A DNA stretch of 64,000 nucleotides from an uncultured Acidobacteriaceae bacterium. Its GTDB lineage: Bacteria > Acidobacteriota > Terriglobia > Terriglobales > Acidobacteriaceae. This document shows, piece after piece, positions 11,146 through 19,630 of this stretch. Location: the NCBI GenBank assembly GCA_963824315.1, contig CAWGOX010000010.1:50308-114307 (forward strand), written 5' to 3'. Below the pieces are notes generated by a model. The model did not search any database. It was not told the origin of the DNA and saw nothing but the letters and a program-made list of their open reading frames with translations. The number at the start of each line of letters is the position of its first letter. Position 1 is the first letter of the stretch. Position numbers and translations under genes: made by a program.

Positions 11146-11478
11146 TTACTGTGGCGGGGGAGTTGTCGTCGTGGTCGTCTGGCTCTGCCCTGACTGTCCA
11201 GGTGCGGTGGTCGTGGTTGTAGTCTTTTTCTCTTTTTGAGCCTTCTTGTGATTGTGCTTGTACTGCGTGGTGCTCTCGTCCGTTTGCGTCGTCTGAGTCA
11301 GGGGCGGCGTAGCGGGCGTGGTTGTCGTGGTCGTGCTCTGAGTTTGGGATGGGGGCGGCGTTTGTGTCGTTGTAGTGGTCGTTGACTGGGTGGTGTCTTG
11401 GGCAACTGCGGGTGACAGCATCGCTGCTCCCAGCGCTACTCCGACGAGCGGCACAAACAAAAACGTTTTCAAGTTCAT
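11146..11478 (-). CDS. secreted Thr/Pro/Gln-rich low-complexity (mucin-like) protein
   Basis: Clear Sec signal peptide MNLKTFLFVPLVGVALGAAMLSPAVA-QD, followed by runs of T6 and PPP. AAGGAGAATG precedes the ATG on the minus strand. Confidence 0.6.
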   Translation of the reverse strand: MNLKTFLFVPLVGVALGAAMLSPAVAQDTTQSTTTTTTQTPPPSQTQSTTTTTTPATPPLTQTTQTDESTTQYKHNHKKAQKEKKTTTTTTAPGQSGQSQTTTTTTPPPQ

Positions 11479-11734
11479 GACATTCTCCTTAATAATTGTG
11501 TGTGCGGTCGCAAACGAATCGCTTTCAGCGAAGATGAACCGCTATTTTTTTGCTATCTCTTTATTCGAATCAATCGTGGGACCAAGACTATTGGACGGTC
11601 GAAGGATGTCAAATCAGGCAAATACTGTATTTCGGGGAATCTTCTAGGATATGACGTACCCGCAAACGTCTGAGGACGACAATTTGGTGCTGGGAATTTC
11701 CGCAAGGAATGATGCCAGCGGATTGGAGTGTCTG

Positions 11735-12634
11735 CTAACTTCCTGAGTTGACCATCATCAGAGCAAACAGCGCGGGCAGATAGATCACAGTGGCTCGAAG
11801 TAGCCGGCGGGCCGACGGTTTCGACGCGGGTGCAGTGACCGCAAGTTGTGGATAGGCCATTCCCATTGATACACGGAATAAGGCGGCGCCCATCAGGACG
11901 GCTCCAATTAAATACAGTCGTCCAGCCATCCCCATCGCGACTGGCAAGAGGCTCACCGGAATCAATGCGGCGGAATATGCCAGGATTCGCCACACGGTGG
12001 ATTTTCCGTCGGACTCAACGACAGGCAACATTCGAATCTCGCCTTGCGCGTAGTCCTCGCGATACAGCCATGCGATCGACAAGAAATGGGGAAACTGCCA
12101 GACAAACATGATGGCAAAAAGAATCAGGGCTTCGGGATCGAGTTGCCCGCGCGCTGCCGTCCAGCCGAGGACCACCGGCATGGCGCCTGGGAAAGCTCCC
12201 ACAAATGTGCACACGGGAGAAATTTTCTTAAGGGGTGTATACGCGGCGAGGTATGTAAGCGATGTCAGGAAAACTAATATGCCAGTGAGTAGGTTCGCAT
12301 ACACGACGAGGTAGATTGACCCACCCAATGTCAGGACGAGTCCAACGATGACCGCACGGATTTTCGTCATGCGTCCTGCAGGAAGAGGTCGCATTGCGGT
12401 GCGACGCATTCGTGCATCCACTTTTGATTCGATCACTTCGTTCAACGCTGCGGTGCCGCTGGACACCATCGCTACGCCAAGCAGCGCGTGAACGAGGCCG
12501 AGCGACCACGAGGAGACGCCCATGCGGTGGGCGCCGAAAAAGTATCCCGCCCACGCGGTTAGCACGATGAGAGTCGTGACTCGCGCCTTAGTCAATTCTG
12601 CGTAGTCGCGGAGCAACGAAATTAAATTATGCAA
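11735..12634 (-). CDS. ctaB: protoheme IX farnesyltransferase (heme O synthase)
   Basis: UbiA-family polytopic membrane protein with a NEVIESKVDARMRRT motif (NxxxDxxxD-like). It has the typical CyoE/CtaB length and lies adjacent to a cytochrome oxidase cluster. Confidence 0.9.
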   Translation of the reverse strand: MHNLISLLRDYAELTKARVTTLIVLTAWAGYFFGAHRMGVSSWSLGLVHALLGVAMVSSGTAALNEVIESKVDARMRRTAMRPLPAGRMTKIRAVIVGLVLTLGGSIYLVVYANLLTGILVFLTSLTYLAAYTPLKKISPVCTFVGAFPGAMPVVLGWTAARGQLDPEALILFAIMFVWQFPHFLSIAWLYREDYAQGEIRMLPVVESDGKSTVWRILAYSAALIPVSLLPVAMGMAGRLYLIGAVLMGAALFRVSMGMAYPQLAVTAPASKPSARRLLRATVIYLPALFALMMVNSGS

Positions 12635-12707
12635 TCAGGACCCCTGACCTACGGCTCGATAGACGAAACCACTTGCTGAAAAGCGATTGTGATGACGGCA
12701 AAATAAC

Positions 12708-14066
12708 CTAGTCCGTGCCTCCTGCCGCAGGCACGCTGAAGGTTTCGGGTGGATCAAAATAGCATTGGTGCCACAAGGCAGCATCCGACAATGAGCCCGC
12801 CTTCCATTGCTGGACGGTCGAGAGCGTGGCGGCAATCATGCCGCCGTCAATGGAATCGAAAATCAATACGATCCCGGAAAGTTCTTGCGCTCTAGCGGCC
12901 AAGTCCCCGTAATTCTTGTCGATCAGAGACTTGGCATATTCCAATTTCGCTGGCGCCCCACTATCTTTTTCGTTCTCCTGGATCTTCTGCACTGAAATTA
13001 TTTTTACGTTCTTGCCTCGGAGCGGACCCCAGTCTCCTGGGAAGGGCGCAGTCTCTTCTCTCGTTACTTGAAACAGGTCGGCCGCGACCAGCTTGGACTT
13101 CGCGACACTCTGCGGGATGTCGGAGATACCCTCCGGCATTTCCAGGCTGGTGCGCCAGATCCAGCCGCGGGACAAGCCTGAAATTCGTACGTGGACCCAA
13201 TCAGCATTAAAGTCCAACATCTCAAACTCATCATGAGCGCTGGCTAAAAATAAATTCTTGCCGTTCAGACTAGGCGAAGCGACCACTGGAGTTCCTGATT
13301 TCTTAACTGCGACCAAGTTTTTTGGGTGCGCCTGATTCTTCAGAACATCTTCTAAGCTCGTCGCCTCGGTTTGTAGAGCCGTTTGTGCGGGGTCCGCCGG
13401 CTTCAGCGAATTTTTTGATTCGGCTAACTGTTGGGCTGACAATCCCTGTCGTATTTCTAAAGGAGGGTTTGAAAATGGGCGGTTGCTATCTGGAGTGGTA
13501 GCGGCAGAAGTAGTGGGAGCAGAAATCTCAGATTGCGGAGTCGCGATTTCCGCGTTCTGATTGAACTTGCTTTTCCCTATCGGAGTCGTCGCGCTCGCGC
13601 TGCTGGTTAAGGCCTCACTCAATTGATCCAAGAGATCGGATTCGAGTCGGCCATTCGACGTCACCAGTTGGTATCCCGCGCGCGATGCGACGGGGTCGGC
13701 ATACCAGGCCGTCACTTTCGTATTCACACGAACGAGAGATCCACCGGAGGCCGTCGCTGTCACCTGCACTGCGGATTGATAGAACGCGCGCTGGTAGCGG
13801 CTCAACGGATGCTCGCCCGGAAGCGCGAAACCCTCTAGAGCCGGCAATCGTCCGCTCATTGAAGATTGCAGGTCTTTGAGTGCGCGTTCCACCACGACCT
13901 TCGGCTGACGGTAAGTACGCTCGTGAGTGTCGGTAGCGTCACTCCGGCTGGCATCGTTGGAATGAGTTTGCGCATCGCTCTTTTTTCCACAAACGATCGC
14001 GGTCACCGTCCACAGCAGCAACGGGATCATGACCATAGCGAACCTTGCTGGGCGGGGCTGCTTCAT
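12708..14066 (-). CDS. hypothetical lipoprotein-like secreted protein with a C-terminal bacterial SH3-like domain
   Basis: The start ATG at 14066 overlaps the upstream stop (ATGA). The signal peptide has a TAIVC lipobox-like site. There is a Ser/Thr/Pro linker and an SH3b-like segment DFNADWVHVRISGLSRGWIWRTSLEM. Confidence 0.6.
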   Translation of the reverse strand: MKQPRPARFAMVMIPLLLWTVTAIVCGKKSDAQTHSNDASRSDATDTHERTYRQPKVVVERALKDLQSSMSGRLPALEGFALPGEHPLSRYQRAFYQSAVQVTATASGGSLVRVNTKVTAWYADPVASRAGYQLVTSNGRLESDLLDQLSEALTSSASATTPIGKSKFNQNAEIATPQSEISAPTTSAATTPDSNRPFSNPPLEIRQGLSAQQLAESKNSLKPADPAQTALQTEATSLEDVLKNQAHPKNLVAVKKSGTPVVASPSLNGKNLFLASAHDEFEMLDFNADWVHVRISGLSRGWIWRTSLEMPEGISDIPQSVAKSKLVAADLFQVTREETAPFPGDWGPLRGKNVKIISVQKIQENEKDSGAPAKLEYAKSLIDKNYGDLAARAQELSGIVLIFDSIDGGMIAATLSTVQQWKAGSLSDAALWHQCYFDPPETFSVPAAGGTD

Positions 14067-15205
14067 GGCAACTGCTCCAACTGCTCGCGAAGGATCCATC
14101 CGTGCTGGCCATCGTGAGTTTCGACGCCATACCAATAGGTGGTGGAGATGACGATGAGGACTTCAGCACCGGGTTCCAACGATTTCAGGGTATTTGCTGT
14201 GTGGAATGGAGCGGCCTTTAAAGGCGCCCCCGGATTTTTCACCAACCGTTCGACTTGGTGACGCAACTCCACAACATGCTGTTCGAGCGATACCGGGGAG
14301 TCGTAGGAGTAGTTCAGCAGAGGAGCAACCGGTGCGGAGGGCATAGTGTCCGCGGGTGCGCCTGGATTGCTGCTACTGTACATCGCAGTGGCGGGAGGCG
14401 TACTCAATAACACCGTGTCGTTATTGCTTGCCGAAGTTTCTGCCGGTCTGTTTTGTTCTCCCGACTCGTTGGGCGACCCGCCAGTCCCGACCAAGCCAAA
14501 TTGTTTCTTTGCCGCGTACTCTTGTTTCTGGCGCAATGCCTCCGCGGTTTCTTTCTTCATCAGCTCTGCTGCTTCCAGTTTCGACTCGATGTCCTGATAC
14601 TCGTTGCTCTCAACCGAGCCATTGGATTGATGCGTGGCGTGGCGATAGTCCTCAACAAAAATTGCGTCGATGCGGAGAACAGTATTCTGATTGCCTTGCG
14701 GTTGTACGACGTAGCGCACCGCGAGAGTTCCTACATCGCCGCTGTCTTTAAAGTTTCGCGGATCGAGAGCCTGCAGTCGTACCTTGTAGAAGACCTTGCC
14801 ACCCTCTGTCCAAGTTGGAAACACGGAGGTACTCGGGACTGACGTGGCTCCCGAAACGAACTCATCCTTGTTGTACTCCTTGGTGCCTCGGATGATGGTG
14901 TTCTGTGCGACCTCCTCTACCACCTTGACGACTTCCGGCTCGGGATGAGGGATATTGACGATCAGTCCCGCTCCGTACTCCAGCACATCTTTTTCTCGGC
15001 CGTAGGCTGGGATCGTCGCGAGACACAAGAGAAAGAATAGGGCGGTGAGTTGGGGCAAAGCACGAAAAATTACGTTAAATCGGGAGGAATTCACGCAGCC
15101 GTCCAGATCCTTACCGCGAAAAATCTCGTCCCAATTCACGACTGGCTCCGCTGATGGTGCGTATTCCTGTTGCAGAGTCTCATACACAGGGTCGATTGCT
15201 GTCAA
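14063..15205 (-). CDS. hypothetical membrane-anchored protein with a C-terminal bacterial SH3-like domain
   Basis: Internal hydrophobic anchor LTALFFLLCLATIPAYG, a coiled-coil/low-complexity linker, and a C-terminal LIVISTTYWYGVETHDGQHGWILREQLEQL (SH3b-like). The architecture parallels the downstream gene. Confidence 0.6.
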   Translation of the reverse strand: MTAIDPVYETLQQEYAPSAEPVVNWDEIFRGKDLDGCVNSSRFNVIFRALPQLTALFFLLCLATIPAYGREKDVLEYGAGLIVNIPHPEPEVVKVVEEVAQNTIIRGTKEYNKDEFVSGATSVPSTSVFPTWTEGGKVFYKVRLQALDPRNFKDSGDVGTLAVRYVVQPQGNQNTVLRIDAIFVEDYRHATHQSNGSVESNEYQDIESKLEAAELMKKETAEALRQKQEYAAKKQFGLVGTGGSPNESGEQNRPAETSASNNDTVLLSTPPATAMYSSSNPGAPADTMPSAPVAPLLNYSYDSPVSLEQHVVELRHQVERLVKNPGAPLKAAPFHTANTLKSLEPGAEVLIVISTTYWYGVETHDGQHGWILREQLEQLP

Positions 15206-15292
15206 CTACGTTCGATGGGAACCATTTTCCGGTTGTCAAGCTCGTTTGGGGTGAGGATGTAAACAAATTGTAAAAAATAATTTACCAACCTA

Positions 15293-15321
15293 TTGCAAGT
15301 GACTACACACGGTAGTAATAT
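15293..15321 (+). promoter_or_regulatory. candidate sigma-70-type promoter for the cyc2-like operon
   Basis: TTGCAA (15293-15298), a 17-nt spacer, then TAATAT (15316-15321). It sits in an AT-rich divergent intergenic region about 150 nt upstream of the 15475 start. This is a sequence match only. Confidence 0.25.
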
Positions 15322-15474
15322 CCGTCGCCGTAGGGTTTCAAAGCAATTTTTGTTGTACAGGTTCCGTGAAGCGTTGATCACCGCGTTCGTGATTACGCGA
15401 CGTTAGGAATTCGGTGATTGCCCGAATGTGCTTTAGCTTTTCAAAATACCAAGTCGTAGTCTGAGGAGTGCAGC

Positions 15475-16881
15475 ATGCGTATGTGGGCGCAGTCTTACCT
15501 CTGCCAGAAATCGCAGCGCGTTTCTTCCATCCTCGCCGCTGCTTTCGCGTTCATCTTTCTGATTCTGGGTTCGAGCCAGCAGGCCAACGCGATCCCGGCC
15601 TTCGCCAGAAAATATGGTTTGCGCTGCTCAGCCTGCCATGAAAGTTGGCCGATGCTGAACTTCTTTGGACAAAAGTTCAAAGACAACGGCTATCAGTTGA
15701 TGAATGATCGTGATTCGCCGATTTGGCAGAATCCAGGCTACTGGCCGATTACGTTCCGCATCCTTCCTGTCTGGCATCGGATCAGCACCAACAAGGTTGC
15801 GACCGACCAGAGCCCGACCGGGGAGCAGAAGATCACTTCTTCTGGATTTGACCTTAGCGGTCTGGACTTCCACACTGGCGGCACCCTCGAGAAAAATTTC
15901 TCCTTCTACGTTCTCCCCTCCTCTGACGCAACCGCATCCTTCCACTTTGAAACCGTTATGGCGAGGCTCGACAACGTTGCGGGTAGTTCGTGGTTGAACG
16001 TAAAGTTCGGCAAGTTCGAGCTGGACAATCTGCTTTCCGAGAAACGCATTCTGACGCTGACCGGAAATGGCGGTATCTATCAGCTCTATCACTTCATTCC
16101 TGCTGGCGATGGAAACGTCTTCGGTCAAATGGGAGACAACCAGCTTGGCGTCGAGGTGATGGGTCACTCCTACAACGACAGAACCCGTTATTCGGTAGCT
16201 CTGTTGAGTTCGAACGATGGACAGGTTGGCTTGCCGTACGGCGCCGAATCCTATTCCACGTTCATTACCGCAAGTCAGGCATTCGATGCTGGCAGACTTG
16301 GCGTGGATCGTGTCGGCTTCTACTTGATGGCCGGTCAAGCACCGACCGGTTGGCTCACCACTGGCGGCGCCCCAATACCCGGATCGGGCTACAACAATAA
16401 GGGCTACAGTCGTGAAGGCTTCGTTGGACAGTTCTACTTCGGGCAGCATGTTGACGTGACAGTCGTTACTCAGCACGGCGAAGACAGCGCATGGTTTGGC
16501 CAAGGTTACGGAGATTTGGTCGACGGGGTCGCAACCCAGAACAACATTCCGGGCGTTTCTGTGCTCCCGATGGGTTCGCGAAATCCGACCTGGAATGGCG
16601 TTCTCGTCGAGCCACACTACGTAGTAAGTCCGCAGATGATTTTGTTGGCACGATACGAAACGATTCGCATGTCGCAGCAATCCACACCGGGATCGCCATC
16701 GGATCTCGGAAATGTCACGACCTACACAGCTGGCTTCCGTTACAACCCATTTATGACGAGCCGGGCGGGCTTCGCGTATCACGGCGAGTACAACTTGTTT
16801 CATCAGGTCGGTACCGCGCCTGATGGATCTACCAACTTGAACAGCAGTGAACTCTTATTTGGATTCGACTTCGACTTCTAA
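15475..16881 (+). CDS. Cyc2-like fused monoheme cytochrome c / outer-membrane beta-barrel porin (putative)
   Basis: GAGGAG lies 5 nt before the ATG. The signal peptide ends in QQANA. The mature N-terminus is IPAFARKYGLRCSACH, with a single CxxCH at 15625-15639. The remaining 410 aa or so are rich in alternating Gly/aromatic beta-strand-like segments and end in FGFDFDF, with a terminal Phe as in an OMP beta-signal. Confidence 0.6.
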   Translation: MRMWAQSYLCQKSQRVSSILAAAFAFIFLILGSSQQANAIPAFARKYGLRCSACHESWPMLNFFGQKFKDNGYQLMNDRDSPIWQNPGYWPITFRILPVWHRISTNKVATDQSPTGEQKITSSGFDLSGLDFHTGGTLEKNFSFYVLPSSDATASFHFETVMARLDNVAGSSWLNVKFGKFELDNLLSEKRILTLTGNGGIYQLYHFIPAGDGNVFGQMGDNQLGVEVMGHSYNDRTRYSVALLSSNDGQVGLPYGAESYSTFITASQAFDAGRLGVDRVGFYLMAGQAPTGWLTTGGAPIPGSGYNNKGYSREGFVGQFYFGQHVDVTVVTQHGEDSAWFGQGYGDLVDGVATQNNIPGVSVLPMGSRNPTWNGVLVEPHYVVSPQMILLARYETIRMSQQSTPGSPSDLGNVTTYTAGFRYNPFMTSRAGFAYHGEYNLFHQVGTAPDGSTNLNSSELLFGFDFDF

Positions 16882-16895
16882 CCCCCAGGATGGCC

Positions 16896-16918
16896 GCCGG
16901 AGAACTCAGTTCTCCGGC
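16896..16918 (+). terminator. intercistronic hairpin after the cyc2-like gene
   Basis: Perfect 10-bp stem GCCGGAGAAC / GTTCTCCGGC with a 3-nt loop, 15 nt after the stop codon. There is no U-tract, so it is more likely an attenuator or mRNA-stability element than a full terminator. Confidence 0.4.
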
Positions 16919-16945
16919 GTAGATTTCGGTTGAAGGGTGCTGACC

Positions 16946-17899
16946 ATGTCTAGCTCGACTATGAACTGCTTGAAGCCAATGCGATTTATCTGCGCGATTG
17001 TTTTCACCGCAATCGTGAGCGTGGCACTTGCCTCTGCACAGGATGCGCCCGACGTGGGCCCCAAGCCACCGCTTGCGGTCAAACCGATGGAGAGCCACAT
17101 CGGCAACCTCACCGGACACTCCGAGAGCGCGAAGTCTGACTATCGTCGCTACTGCGCGGGCTGTCATGGGGATTACGGCGATGGCAACGGCGAGAATGCG
17201 GTTTGGCTCGATCCGAAGCCGCGCGACTTCACGATCGCGACTTTTAAGTGCCGGTCCACGTTGACCGGAACGCTGCCTACGGACCAGGATCTTTACAACA
17301 CCATCCAGCGCGGCCTGACTAATTCGAACATGCCGATCTGGAATACGTTTTCCAAGCAACAAAGAGCTGATCTCGTCGCTTACTTGAAGATTTTCTCGCC
17401 ACGCTGGTCGACGGAGAAAGCGGGAGAGCCAATTAAGATTCCCGCCGAGCCGCCGGTCACGATGGATAGCATCGCCCACGGCAAGCTCCTGTTTACAAAG
17501 TTGGAATGCTGGAAGTGTCACGGTCCACATGGTGAAGGTGATGGGCCATCCGCCGCGACTCTTACTGACAGCAAGGACAATCCGATTCGTCCTTACAACT
17601 TCGCACTGGGCAAAGATGACTCGCGCTTCAAGTGTGGAAACACGAATGAGGACATCTACAAAATCTTCATGACGGGTGTGGATGGAACGCCGATGCCATC
17701 ATTCGCGGACGTAATTCAGCCCAACGACGCATGGGATCTCGTCCATTTCCTGCGCACGTTACAGGTTCATCGTCACAGCAAGGAGAATGAAATCTTATCT
17801 GCTGCGCACGGAGTGATTCCGCCGTACGTCGATAAGAATCCGCCACCAGCAGCCGCTCCTGCCCCCGCCGACAACAAGGCGCCCGGCGGAACACGGTAA
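16946..17899 (+). CDS. diheme c-type cytochrome, secreted
   Basis: Two CxxCH motifs (CAGCHGDYGDGNG and CWKCHGPHGEGDG), each followed by a Met-containing distal segment (NMPIW, TPMPSF). The signal/anchor is MRFICAIVFTAIVSVALASA. The start is chosen at the ATG 8 nt after GAAGGG; the track start is 16937. Confidence 0.85.
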   Translation: MSSSTMNCLKPMRFICAIVFTAIVSVALASAQDAPDVGPKPPLAVKPMESHIGNLTGHSESAKSDYRRYCAGCHGDYGDGNGENAVWLDPKPRDFTIATFKCRSTLTGTLPTDQDLYNTIQRGLTNSNMPIWNTFSKQQRADLVAYLKIFSPRWSTEKAGEPIKIPAEPPVTMDSIAHGKLLFTKLECWKCHGPHGEGDGPSAATLTDSKDNPIRPYNFALGKDDSRFKCGNTNEDIYKIFMTGVDGTPMPSFADVIQPNDAWDLVHFLRTLQVHRHSKENEILSAAHGVIPPYVDKNPPPAAAPAPADNKAPGGTR

Positions 17900-17963
17900 G
17901 CTAGTTGCGGAATGGATTGTTACAGATTCATTGCAAATTAAAGACCCCCGAAGGAGTTCTCGA

Positions 17964-18665
17964 ATGCGCTCGAAGCCAGTACTACTCGCTCTTTTGACTT
18001 TCTTGGCTTGTTCCTCTCTGATGTTCGGCGGAACGGTCAAGGGCAAGGTGACCTACACGGGGACGCCTGCCAGGCAGAAACCAATTGACATGTCCAAAGA
18101 GCCGAGCTGCGCCAAGCAGCATGCGACTCCCATTACCACGGAGTCGGTGGTAACCGGTGCCAACAATTCGTTAGAAAACGTCGTAGTGTACGTTTCGGCG
18201 GGTGCGCCGGACGAGAGCGCGGCACCGTCGCAGTCAATCACGTTCGAACAGAAAGGTTGTCAGTATATTCCGCACGTGCTGGTGATGCGCACCAATCAGG
18301 AATTTAAGATCCTCAACGACGACCAGACTTCGCACAACATCCACCCGCTGGCAAAGGTAAACACGGAATGGAATAAATCGCAGCCGCCCGGATCGGCGCC
18401 GATCGTTGCGAAATATGACAAGGAAGAATTTATTCCCGTGAAGTGCAATATCCATCCCTGGATGCACGGCAATTTCGTCGTTCTGAAGACCTCGCACTAC
18501 GACGTCAGTAAGTCGGGCGGCGAATTCACCCTCCCAAATCTTCCTCCGGGTAAGTACACCCTCACCGCGTGGCAAGAAGATTACGGTACGCAGACGGCCG
18601 ACGTCACGATCACCGGCAACGAGACCAAGGACGTCAGCTTCGTGTTTAAAGCGAAAGCCTATTAA
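17964..18665 (+). CDS. type-1 copper (amicyanin-like cupredoxin) protein flanked by carboxypeptidase-regulatory-like beta-sandwich segments
   Basis: GAAGGAG lies 7 nt before ATG 17964. The signal peptide has an FLAC site. The candidate copper ligand set is SHNIHP ... KCNIHPWM; the C-x2-H-x2-M spacing matches the amicyanin CTPHPFM motif. The C-terminal segment is GGEFTLPNLPPGKYTLTAW. Confidence 0.7.
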   Translation: MRSKPVLLALLTFLACSSLMFGGTVKGKVTYTGTPARQKPIDMSKEPSCAKQHATPITTESVVTGANNSLENVVVYVSAGAPDESAAPSQSITFEQKGCQYIPHVLVMRTNQEFKILNDDQTSHNIHPLAKVNTEWNKSQPPGSAPIVAKYDKEEFIPVKCNIHPWMHGNFVVLKTSHYDVSKSGGEFTLPNLPPGKYTLTAWQEDYGTQTADVTITGNETKDVSFVFKAKAY

Positions 18666-18684
18666 GCGAGCGTTATTGGTCGAT

Positions 18685-18717
18685 CTAGGCGGAGATGGCT
18701 CGTGCATCTCCGCCTAG
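18685..18717 (+). terminator. strong hairpin between the cupredoxin gene and coxB
   Basis: Perfect 12-bp stem CTAGGCGGAGAT / ATCTCCGCCTAG with a 9-nt loop, 20 nt after the stop codon, followed by CTTCCCTAAAAA. It has no classic U-tract. Confidence 0.45.
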
Positions 18718-18768
18718 CTTCCCTAAAAACCCAGACATTCAAAGCTGATTCCACGAGGGCATAGCATC

Positions 18769-19572
18769 ATGGGCAAACTGTTTGCAGTGACTCTTGTCAT
18801 CATCGCGATTCTTTCCGCGATTCCTATCTTGCGACACACTTGGCCGATTCCAGAGGACATTTCGACCCACGGGCACCTGATCGATGAACAGATGTCGGAG
18901 ACGATGGCGGAAGCGGGCATCGCCTTTCTCGCGGCGCAATTTTTGCTGGCTCTGTTTGTGTGGCAATCGTCGAATCGTGCGCCTGACGCCAAGTTGAAGA
19001 GATTTCCTGGCGGTGCTACTGGGTTGGTACTGGCCGCGTTACTAGTGGTCGGAATCGAAGTGCTCGCGCTCGGAGTATTTGGAGTGAAAGCTTGGGCCAA
19101 CCAATATCTCACTCCGCCGTCCGCTGACGCTATGAAGATTCAAGTGCAGGCCGGACAGTTTGCCTACTACTTCCGCTATCCCGGGCCGGATGGAACATTC
19201 GGTGCGCTTCATCCCGAAATGATCAACGAAGGATCACAGAATTTCTTCGGCCTCGATCCCGAACACGATGCGGATTCCAGGGATGACGTCGTTGCTGCAG
19301 AGATGGCTATCCCTGTAAATAAGGAAATCCATCTGCTGATGCATGCCAAAGATGTGGGACATTCATTTTTCGTGCGTGAGTTGCGGGTACAGCAGGACTT
19401 TGTTCCGGGATTAGATGTTTCGCTCCATTTCACGGCGACCAAAGTCGGCAAGTACGAAATCGTCTGCACGCAACTTTGCGGACTGGGTCACTACAACATG
19501 AAAGCGTATCTCGAAGTGATGTCGCAGGCGGACTTCGATGATTGGATGAAGAAAGAACAGGCTCTGCAGTAG
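18769..19572 (+). CDS. coxB: cytochrome c oxidase subunit II (no fused cytochrome c domain)
   Basis: Two N-terminal transmembrane segments and a cupredoxin domain with DVGHSFFV and the CuA motif CTQLCGLGHYNM. At 267 aa it is too short to carry a caa3-type heme c domain. Confidence 0.9.
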   Translation: MGKLFAVTLVIIAILSAIPILRHTWPIPEDISTHGHLIDEQMSETMAEAGIAFLAAQFLLALFVWQSSNRAPDAKLKRFPGGATGLVLAALLVVGIEVLALGVFGVKAWANQYLTPPSADAMKIQVQAGQFAYYFRYPGPDGTFGALHPEMINEGSQNFFGLDPEHDADSRDDVVAAEMAIPVNKEIHLLMHAKDVGHSFFVRELRVQQDFVPGLDVSLHFTATKVGKYEIVCTQLCGLGHYNMKAYLEVMSQADFDDWMKKEQALQ

Positions 19573-19630
19573 CGCTTGCAAACGCCGCGCTTAGGCGCGG
19601 CTAACTGGTAAGTCTCTGAGGTGAGGGTCA

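Noticed and set aside
11033-11239. Plus-strand ORF encoding GGGVVVVVV-type repeats
   Set aside because: It is the antisense reading of the Thr-rich repeat gene at 11146-11478, which has a signal peptide and ribosome-binding site.
15628-16803. 391-aa ORF antisense to the cyc2-like gene
   Set aside because: It lies entirely inside, and antisense to, a gene with a strong ribosome-binding site, signal peptide and domain logic. Its translation is Arg-rich and low-complexity with no motif. This is a typical shadow ORF in moderately GC-rich DNA.
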